Below the pieces are notes generated by a model, which was not told where the DNA came from, did no database searches, and was given only the letters and a program-made list of their open reading frames with translations. DNA of 64,000 bases from Nanobdellota archaeon (GTDB lineage: Archaea > Aenigmatarchaeota > Aenigmatarchaeia > Aenigmatarchaeales > Aenigmatarchaeaceae): assembly GCA_018901755.1 (NCBI GenBank), contig JAHIDZ010000004.1:4265-68264 (forward strand), given 5' to 3'. Positions 1 through 7,342 of this stretch are shown here, piece by piece. Numbering within the stretch: position 1 is the stretch's first letter; each line of letters opens with the position of its first letter. Position numbers and translations under genes: made by a program.

Positions 1-1
1 T

Positions 2-1219
2 GTGAAATTTGATATGGACAATGACGGCGTTTATGACAATGAAACATCAGGAACAGCTACTGCAATGTATATGAATTATACAGATGTAAAAAACGTATCA
101 ATTAAATTTACTAATCCTAGTTCAGCAGAAAATTGGAGTATTGAATTTATTAACGCTGATATGACAGGCGCATTGTCAAAATTAAGCACAATTACAGCAT
201 TAGATGGAAGTTCTGATATGATTCACAATAATAGTGAAATAGCTAGTGGCGGTAATCAGACATATATGGGTTTGAGCGCGTCTAAATGGCAGGTAATGAA
301 GGCAATGTCGCCAAAGTTTTTGAATCTTTCATTGCAAGGAAATCAAAGCGAGTTATGGCACTGTTCAGATGATTTATCTACTTGTGTAAATAAGACAAAT
401 GAAACAATTGATCATTATTACAATACTACAACAAATATGACAGTATGGAAAATGCCAGTAACAACATCTATGTTCTCTGTATACGGAGGAGCAAGATATA
501 TTGCTCCTACAATTACAATAACCCCGCTTGCAACCGCGCCAGGTGGCGGAGGCGGTGGTGGCGGTGGTGGCGGAGCAAGCGGAATGTCATATTTATATGA
601 ATCATCAAAGGAGAAAGTAACAGTTTCAATATGGACACTGAAGGCAGATAAAGAATCATATTTGAATTTAGATGCTATGGGATTGAAACAATTTAACATA
701 ACTGTTAATAAAGCATTTAATGATAAATCATATGCAAAATTATACATAACAAAGCTTGATGCACTAAATATTTCAGTGCCAGAGGGAATAGTAGAGAGAT
801 ATTATAATATAGAAATGGTAAATGTGACAGAAGCTGACATCTATAAGATTAAATTCAAATATACAGTCAATAAATCATGGATGATTGAAAACAAGGTAGA
901 TGAATCTACAATAAAGATGCAAAGATATACAGGTTCATGGAAAATACTACCTACAACAATATTAAGTTCAGATGATAAACAAACAACATTTGTTTCAGAA
1001 AGTTCAGGACTTTCATACTTTGCAGTTACAGGATTGGCAGCTGGTGCAGAATACACAGAAACATTTGAAGAAACTGTTCCAGAAGATTTAGAACCAACAT
1101 ATGAAGAAGAGTCTGTAGCAGTAAGTCCAATGATATATGGCGCAGTATTGTTTATAATAATCGCTGGTATAGTCTACTATTTCTTATCAAAAAAGAAAGG
1201 GTTGTCTAGAAAGAGATAA
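2..1219 (+). CDS. C-terminal part of large secreted/surface glycoprotein (NxS/T sequon-rich, poly-Gly linker, C-terminal TM anchor + basic tail)
   Basis: ORF runs from window edge; many N-x-S/T sequons; G11 tract; C-terminus '...AVLFIIIAGIVYYFLSKKKGLSRKR' is a single TM helix followed by a basic tail, typical archaeal surface-protein anchor. Confidence 0.5.
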   Translation: MKFDMDNDGVYDNETSGTATAMYMNYTDVKNVSIKFTNPSSAENWSIEFINADMTGALSKLSTITALDGSSDMIHNNSEIASGGNQTYMGLSASKWQVMKAMSPKFLNLSLQGNQSELWHCSDDLSTCVNKTNETIDHYYNTTTNMTVWKMPVTTSMFSVYGGARYIAPTITITPLATAPGGGGGGGGGGGASGMSYLYESSKEKVTVSIWTLKADKESYLNLDAMGLKQFNITVNKAFNDKSYAKLYITKLDALNISVPEGIVERYYNIEMVNVTEADIYKIKFKYTVNKSWMIENKVDESTIKMQRYTGSWKILPTTILSSDDKQTTFVSESSGLSYFAVTGLAAGAEYTETFEETVPEDLEPTYEEESVAVSPMIYGAVLFIIIAGIVYYFLSKKKGLSRKR

Positions 1220-1250
1220 CTTTTATATACCTATTAGGAGATTTATTATT

Positions 1251-1457
1251 ATGACAAATACAAGAGCATTAGCATTTTGGTTCATAGGTACAATATGCTT
1301 ATTTTTCGGGATTTTAATCGGCGGAAATATCGATCCTAGTGTGTTAGGTGCGACAACTGAAACTACAGTGCTGTCTTACATTGTTTCATTTGTTTTGATA
1401 CTGATAGGCGGAATGTTCTGGATAACTACAGCTGTAGTGCATGTAGAAGAATATTAA
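1251..1457 (+). CDS. small hydrophobic membrane protein (2 TM)
   Basis: 68-aa ORF, two hydrophobic helices; its last 39 nt are duplicated at 2465-2503. Confidence 0.4.
   Translation: MTNTRALAFWFIGTICLFFGILIGGNIDPSVLGATTETTVLSYIVSFVLILIGGMFWITTAVVHVEEY
1418..1456. repeat. 39-bp direct repeat copy 1 (ctggataactacagctgtagtgcatgtagaagaatatta)
   Basis: exact 39/39 match to 2465-2503; corresponds to the last 12 codons (WITTAVVHVEEY) of ORF 1251-1457. Confidence 0.9.
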
Positions 1458-1532
1458 AAATGCGTTTGTGTCTTTAAACAGTTAATTTAACACTGGTTAA
1501 TACTATTAACAGAGAAAGCTTTATATACCTCC

Positions 1533-1886
1533 TTGGTTAATACTATAAACATGGACATAAAAACAGAATTGCTGAATAATGTGAAGCGCATACACAAATC
1601 AGCTGAAATGGTTTACAGTTCAGAAGATTACACGTCAGCATGCATTCTTTATTTTAAAGCGTTGTTTATAGTTTTGGATTATATAATTTTGATTTCTGGC
1701 AAAGAACTTCCTAAGGATCATACACAGAGATTCAGGATTCTGGAAAAATCGTTTCCAGCGATGTACGGTGTTTTAGATAAAATATATCCAATATACAAGA
1801 ATAGTTATTCAACTTCTATTAGTAAGAAAAATTGCGATGAGGCTAGAGCTTATGTTAACAGACTTATTAAAGAATATAAAATTTAA
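1533..1886 (+). CDS. alpha-helical HEPN-like protein (putative partner of the downstream nucleotidyltransferase)
   Basis: 117-aa all-helical ORF overlapping/abutting an MNT gene as in HEPN-MNT pairs; no clean Rx4-6H motif found, so HEPN assignment is tentative. Confidence 0.35.
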   Translation: MVNTINMDIKTELLNNVKRIHKSAEMVYSSEDYTSACILYFKALFIVLDYIILISGKELPKDHTQRFRILEKSFPAMYGVLDKIYPIYKNSYSTSISKKNCDEARAYVNRLIKEYKI

Positions 1887-2454
1887 AAATAAAATAAAAG
1901 AGTTTTACAAGAAGAATAGGGAAGATATGGTCGATATAATTTTATTTGGTTCTGTTTCTAGAGGAAAAACTGCTCCAAAGGATATAGACATTTTATTAAT
2001 TTTTAATGAAAAGGAGAACAACGATTTAAGTTATGGTTTAAGAAAAGATCTTCAAGAATTAGGAATATCAGCAGAAATAACAATCAAGAAATATAAGGAT
2101 GTTTTCTCTTCGGGATTTTTACCGAGAGAAGACATACTGTCAGACGGATTTAGTTTAATTTCCAATAAAAGGATTTCAGAGGCTTTCGGATACAAATCAT
2201 TTATGCTTTTCAAATATTCTCTAAAAGGATTTAATTATTCTCAGCGAATGAGATTTTATTACGCGCTTGAAGGAAGACGAGATAAAAAAGGTATGCTCAA
2301 AGAAATGAACGGAATAAAATTTACAAATTCTGTTGTGCTTGTACCGGTCGGGTTTTCGGACAAATTCGAAGCATTTCTTAATGGATGGAACATTGAAATT
2401 AAAAAGACTAGAATATTGATACCTGATAAATCAGTAACGTTCATGAAATTTTGA
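1837..2454 (+). CDS. minimal nucleotidyltransferase (MNT/KNTase-like, Pol-beta superfamily)
   Basis: motif 'ILFGSVSRGKTAPKDIDILLIF' = hG[GS]x9-13DhDh signature; true start may be downstream of 1837 (e.g. Met in 'EDMVDIILFGS'). Confidence 0.75.
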   Translation: MRLELMLTDLLKNIKFKNKIKEFYKKNREDMVDIILFGSVSRGKTAPKDIDILLIFNEKENNDLSYGLRKDLQELGISAEITIKKYKDVFSSGFLPREDILSDGFSLISNKRISEAFGYKSFMLFKYSLKGFNYSQRMRFYYALEGRRDKKGMLKEMNGIKFTNSVVLVPVGFSDKFEAFLNGWNIEIKKTRILIPDKSVTFMKF

Positions 2455-2464
2455 TTGATATTTA

Positions 2465-2503
2465 CTGGATAACTACAGCTGTAGTGCATGTAGAAGAATA
2501 TTA
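2465..2503. repeat. 39-bp direct repeat copy 2
   Basis: exact copy of 1418-1456, followed by TAG instead of TAA; lies immediately after the MNT gene stop (2454). Confidence 0.9.
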
Positions 2504-2529
2504 GGTATTTAAGCTTTACTTTCTATGTA

Positions 2530-5500
2530 TTGTGTATGCTAAATGTTAAACCTATAATGGTTATTTTCTTAATAGTTTTGCTGAGCACTTCTATAGCTTT
2601 TGCTGCTAAAAATGTTATTTCTACAAATCCGATTATTAATGATACAATTGAAGAAGTGATTGAAGATATTGTAGTAGAAACCGCGAATAATGAAATCATA
2701 GTTTCTGATAATGCTATAGTTGTGCCAATTGAACCAGTACCAGTTTCTATTCAGGAGAAGAAAACATTACCAATAGAACCAAAACCAGTACAAAATATTG
2801 ATATTAGAAAGATTAATGTAACTGATAAAGAATTAAAGAAAGTGCCAATAAAACCAATAATACTTGCTAGCGTAGTTCCACAATGGTCAAATGAAATAGC
2901 TATTCCTTCTTCACCGACGTATTATGAAGACGGGAAAAGTTATCAGTTCAGCATTGACTGGATAGATGATGTTGGAATTGATAATGTTTATTTAGAATTC
3001 AATGGCATTTGGTATGATTATTCTAGCGGCAACATATCTAAAACAGGAAGTACTTATTATAAAATTCTTACAGGTTTGAGCATAGATACTCATGAATATA
3101 ATTGGAGTGCCAGAGACGCTGATATGAATTGGAATGTGACAGGACCTCGACAATATGTAATAAAAGATCCTGCACCGCAATTGACACTGAACGGGATATC
3201 AAATAATTTAACAATTACATATGGAACAACGTCAACTACATTTGCGGCTTGTGATATAGGATTAGTTATTTTAAAGAGAAATGCAACATCAGTTGTTAAC
3301 CCAGAAATTATGGTTCTAGCCACTGGAACTTATAATTATACTGCAACATGCGAAATGACTGGGAAATCAAGAACATATTTCTTGACTGTTAACAAAGCAA
3401 CACCTATTATAAATTTGGTTTTAACTAATGGCACAGCTTCTTGGAATCATGATCCGTGGAAATATAGAAAAAAATTAACTTTTAATAATTTAGTCTCATC
3501 GGAAAATCTAGTCAATTTTCCAGTCTTGGTTCATGTAAATTCAACAACCATATCTAAGTTCAAGTCTGATGGAAGCGATATAAGATTTTTTGATAGTACT
3601 GATATGAACGAACTTTCCTATGAAATAGAACAGTGGAATTCTACTGATGGTTTTGTTTGGGTGAAGATACCATTTATCACAGCTAAAAATAATACAAGTT
3701 ATATTTATATATATTATGGAAATCCAAGTGCAACGAATGGACAAAACATTAATGATGTATGGTCTAATAATTATACAACAGTTTATCATTTGGCAAACAG
3801 GGCAGGAAACAACTATGCCAATTCAAATATATCAGCAGGTTCTTCAGGCATAGATAGCGCAAGTGTTCATGTAATGAGTGGAGTAATCGGAAATGCATCA
3901 AAATTTGCGATAGCAAATGCAAGTTATATAAATATCGGGGACGGGGCAGATGTAAGAAACATACGCACTGTTGAGGCGTGGGCTACAAAAACATCTAGTA
4001 CCGAATATCAAACAGTAATGGGTAAATATAATAATGGTGGTGGACCAGGTTGGTATCTGGCATTTTATGGCGGAATAATACGATTAATGAATAATAATGA
4101 TGGTCAGGGACATATTGTGACAGCAACACAAGGATCTTCTCTTAATGTTCCTATATATTATGCCGTAACTACAAATGGTTCGCAAGAAGCTCTTTATCAA
4201 TATGGAGTATTAAATGCAACTACCAGTTATGGTTGGAATAGTTTGGTACCGTTTGTAGGACAAAATATGTGGATAGGCGGAGTAGGTGTAGCACCACCAA
4301 CGATGACTTATTTTGACGGAACTATTGATGAAATAAGATTATCTGCAATAAGTCGTTCTACATATTGGATAAAAGCAACATATTTGAGCCAAACTGAACA
4401 GTTTGTAAGTATAGGTTCAGAAGAACAGCCACAGGGTGGTTCTGGATCAATTGTGATTTATCCAAATCTTGCAAATGCTACTGCTACATTAAATATTAAT
4501 GATATTTTCTTTTTGGAGAGAAACGGAACAATAGTTGCTTCCGGTACAAATCTGTTAAATGAACTAATAAGATTGCCTGTTAGCACTTACAATTATACAG
4601 CGTACTATGAAGGAAATGAAAATTATACTGCGGTATCGATTTCAAATAATTTAACAGTAGAAAGAGGAACCCCAGATATGGCGTTTGGTCTTTTACCAAT
4701 TTCACCAATAACATACGGTACGCCAACTATTGCATCATGCATTATTTTCAATAACACCGAACAAACTGTTACATTATATAGAGATGATATAAATGTTACT
4801 TCAGATGAAAATAATGTACCATTAGTTTTACCAGCCGGAGTTTACAATTATACATGCTCAGTGCCACAAACAGAAAACTATACCGAAAAATCAATAACAA
4901 ATAACAGTTATACGGTAAGCAAGCAAACACCGTTATTAAATCTTACAGCAACTCCATCATGGATAGTTAATTATCCAACTGAAACAACAGTAACAGCCAT
5001 TGAAACAAATGAAGGTGACTCTGATTTAATATATGATTTGTCAAGAGACGGTGCAAGCATTTCAAGTCCTGATGTGAACACCTTTGATCTTGGTTTATAT
5101 GTTTACAATTATGCCACATTGGGTGGAGAAAACTATACTGCAGGTTACATGCAAAAAACACTTGAAGTTAAAGATCTTATACCGCCAATCGTAACAATAA
5201 CAAATCCAATAAATGATTCATACACTGGTAAGAACGTTTGGTTGAACGTAACTACAAATGAAGTTTCATCATGTTTTTATTATCAGTTACCATATCAAGT
5301 AAGTACAATGGGTTCGCCAGGAACAAGCTACTCTGAATTTTTGACAAATCTATCATACGGATTAAATACATATTATGTTAATTGCACAGATGCTTACAAC
5401 AATACAGGCACAGCATCAGTACATTGGTACGTAACAAAACAATATTCATTTTACTTGCAGCCAGGATGGAATTTTATATCAGTCGCTTACAATCAGTATA

Positions 5501-5934
5501 ATACCAGCATATCAAAAGTTTTAGAATCAATAGATGGAAAATATGGTGTAGTAAAATATTACAATACAACTGATTATATGGGTCCGTGGAAAACATATCG
5601 TCCTGGCACAACAACTAATGATTTGTTTGAATTAGATAATAAAATGGGTTTCTGGATAAACATTATAGAACCTGTTCCAGTATTATACACAGTTAGCGGC
5701 ATAAATCCAGCAACCACCCAAATACAATTAAAAACAGGATATAACATGGTAGGTTATCCATCATTTACAACAAGAAGTGTAGAAGAAGCATTGCAAGGAA
5801 TCGATTGGATACGTGTTGAAACAAGTGATGGGGGCACAGACATTAGAGTAATGGCACCAACAGAATTAATGAATCCTAATAAAGCATATTGGATAAAAGT
5901 TGATAATGATACAAGTTGGAATATTAATTGGTAA
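2530..5934 (+). CDS. 1134-aa secreted surface protein with DUF2341-like and LamG/ConA-like lectin domains, heavily N-glycosylation-sequon decorated
   Basis: signal/TM 'IMVIFLIVLLSTSIAFA'; 'FPVLVHVNSTTISKFKSDGSDIRFFDS...YEIEQWNSTDGFVWVKIPFITAKNNTSYIYIYYGN' matches DUF2341 consensus; 'FDGTIDEIRLSAISRS' LamG-like; >60 NxS/T sequons. Confidence 0.7.
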   Translation: MCMLNVKPIMVIFLIVLLSTSIAFAAKNVISTNPIINDTIEEVIEDIVVETANNEIIVSDNAIVVPIEPVPVSIQEKKTLPIEPKPVQNIDIRKINVTDKELKKVPIKPIILASVVPQWSNEIAIPSSPTYYEDGKSYQFSIDWIDDVGIDNVYLEFNGIWYDYSSGNISKTGSTYYKILTGLSIDTHEYNWSARDADMNWNVTGPRQYVIKDPAPQLTLNGISNNLTITYGTTSTTFAACDIGLVILKRNATSVVNPEIMVLATGTYNYTATCEMTGKSRTYFLTVNKATPIINLVLTNGTASWNHDPWKYRKKLTFNNLVSSENLVNFPVLVHVNSTTISKFKSDGSDIRFFDSTDMNELSYEIEQWNSTDGFVWVKIPFITAKNNTSYIYIYYGNPSATNGQNINDVWSNNYTTVYHLANRAGNNYANSNISAGSSGIDSASVHVMSGVIGNASKFAIANASYINIGDGADVRNIRTVEAWATKTSSTEYQTVMGKYNNGGGPGWYLAFYGGIIRLMNNNDGQGHIVTATQGSSLNVPIYYAVTTNGSQEALYQYGVLNATTSYGWNSLVPFVGQNMWIGGVGVAPPTMTYFDGTIDEIRLSAISRSTYWIKATYLSQTEQFVSIGSEEQPQGGSGSIVIYPNLANATATLNINDIFFLERNGTIVASGTNLLNELIRLPVSTYNYTAYYEGNENYTAVSISNNLTVERGTPDMAFGLLPISPITYGTPTIASCIIFNNTEQTVTLYRDDINVTSDENNVPLVLPAGVYNYTCSVPQTENYTEKSITNNSYTVSKQTPLLNLTATPSWIVNYPTETTVTAIETNEGDSDLIYDLSRDGASISSPDVNTFDLGLYVYNYATLGGENYTAGYMQKTLEVKDLIPPIVTITNPINDSYTGKNVWLNVTTNEVSSCFYYQLPYQVSTMGSPGTSYSEFLTNLSYGLNTYYVNCTDAYNNTGTASVHWYVTKQYSFYLQPGWNFISVAYNQYNTSISKVLESIDGKYGVVKYYNTTDYMGPWKTYRPGTTTNDLFELDNKMGFWINIIEPVPVLYTVSGINPATTQIQLKTGYNMVGYPSFTTRSVEEALQGIDWIRVETSDGGTDIRVMAPTELMNPNKAYWIKVDNDTSWNINW

Positions 5935-5935
5935 C

Positions 5936-6490
5936 TTAAAGAATTTCTGATTTTCTGAATTCAAACTGTCTTAATGGATATATTACATTTACCTCTTTTC
6001 TTATTTTCTTCTGTAATATTCCTGTAATTAGGCTTTTTGAGAATTCTTCTAAAGTTATTTTTTCCATTTCTCTTTTAATCGTTTCTATTATTGTTTTTCT
6101 TAAATCTCTTTCAGTTCCTTTTTTTACACATCTATTTGTTATAGCAATTGCTTTTATTCTTATTTTTGCATCTTTCATATTTACAATGGTGTTTGTGTCT
6201 ATTCTTGCGGTTCTCAGTTGAACGACTCTTGCTATAAAATCTTTAGTGCAGTCATGACCAAAAAAAGTAGTAGTCAACTTAGAACCAATAAGACTCTTTG
6301 TTTTAAAGAATAATTTTATGTAATATCTTGTAGCTTCACCAGATAGTTCCATAAGGCTTATTTCTATTACCCTGCCTATCAATTTCGCTGGATCGTTAGC
6401 AGTGGTTTGACCAATTACTCTGCCTCCAAATACGTCTGGAGTAACAATTTCATACCACTGTAATAGTTCTTGTTTTACCATAAGCGTCAC
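5936..6490 (-). CDS. rps3ae: 30S ribosomal protein S3Ae (eS1)
   Basis: 'WYEIVTPDVFGGRVIGQTTANDPAKLIGRVIEISLMELSG...' matches S3Ae family N-terminus/core. Confidence 0.85.
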   Translation of the reverse strand: MTLMVKQELLQWYEIVTPDVFGGRVIGQTTANDPAKLIGRVIEISLMELSGEATRYYIKLFFKTKSLIGSKLTTTFFGHDCTKDFIARVVQLRTARIDTNTIVNMKDAKIRIKAIAITNRCVKKGTERDLRKTIIETIKREMEKITLEEFSKSLITGILQKKIRKEVNVIYPLRQFEFRKSEIL

Positions 6491-6575
6491 TCTTTATTAC
6501 CAAATGTAAATTTATAAAGGTTTCTAGTTCTTCAATTTTCTTGACTTATTTAAACAAATAACTATAATTTCTCTT

Positions 6576-7319
6576 ATGACTAAAAAGATAGCTTATCTTA
6601 CAATTGATGATGCGCCTTCAGATGATTTCAAAAGAAAGATAGATTTCCTCAGTTCTAAACAGATTCCGGCTATTTTCTTCTGTACTGGAAAAAATATGGA
6701 GAAAAGACCTAGTGAAGTGATTAATGCTATTCATAAAGGTTTTATAATTGGAAATCATTCTTATAATCATATACATTTCTCTTACCTTTCTTTAAAGAAA
6801 TGTTACGAGGAAATTGAAAAAACAGATAAAATAATAGATATGTTATATGAACAGGCTAATGTTAAAAGACCAATGAAAGTTTTCAGATTTCCGAATCTGG
6901 ATAAAGGATGCAGTTTCCATTGGAATATTTTATCAAGGTTTGGTATTCCTGTTGGTATAGTTAGAAAAAAATCAATACAGGCATTTTTAAGAAAATTAGG
7001 TTACAGACAACCCAGTTTCAATAACATAAATTACAAGTGGTATAAAATAGAGAGTTATCATAAAGATGTAGACGTCTATCCCACATATGATACTCATGAC
7101 TGGACAGTTGCAGATAAGAGTTATATACACGGTATTAAGAATCTTAAAGATATTTTAAATAGGATGGATGAAAATGTTCCAGAAGGAAGACGCGGTCTTA
7201 ATTATTCTAAATCTAATGATATAATCATGTTGCACGACACTTCTAATATTTCGAATCTGTTTGTTCCGATGATAAATAGATTGTTAAAAAAAGGTATAGT
7301 ATTTAGATTATCAAAATGA
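6576..7319 (+). CDS. polysaccharide deacetylase (NodB/CE4 family)
   Basis: 'TIDDAPS' (TFDDG-like motif 1) and 'GNHSYNH' (HxxxH motif 2). Confidence 0.65.
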   Translation: MTKKIAYLTIDDAPSDDFKRKIDFLSSKQIPAIFFCTGKNMEKRPSEVINAIHKGFIIGNHSYNHIHFSYLSLKKCYEEIEKTDKIIDMLYEQANVKRPMKVFRFPNLDKGCSFHWNILSRFGIPVGIVRKKSIQAFLRKLGYRQPSFNNINYKWYKIESYHKDVDVYPTYDTHDWTVADKSYIHGIKNLKDILNRMDENVPEGRRGLNYSKSNDIIMLHDTSNISNLFVPMINRLLKKGIVFRLSK

Positions 7320-7342
7320 TTATTTTAAATTTGAAAGGGATT

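Noticed and set aside
418-747. Antisense ORFs overlapping large genes (e.g. 418-747 poly-Pro, 841-1056, 2992-3323, 12150-12530, 14854-15510, 21189-21605, 31339-32364, 36028-36891, 43085-43311, 51199-51957, 60484-60813, 63165-63478)
   Set aside because: They lie opposite well-supported genes, have low-complexity or antisense-of-repeat composition (e.g. poly-P is the reverse of the poly-G tract) and lack any recognisable motif. They are typical spurious ORFs in AT-rich DNA.
1533-1886. Confident HEPN call for the 117-aa helical protein
   Set aside because: No Rx4-6H motif found, so the confidence was downgraded to 'HEPN-like partner'.
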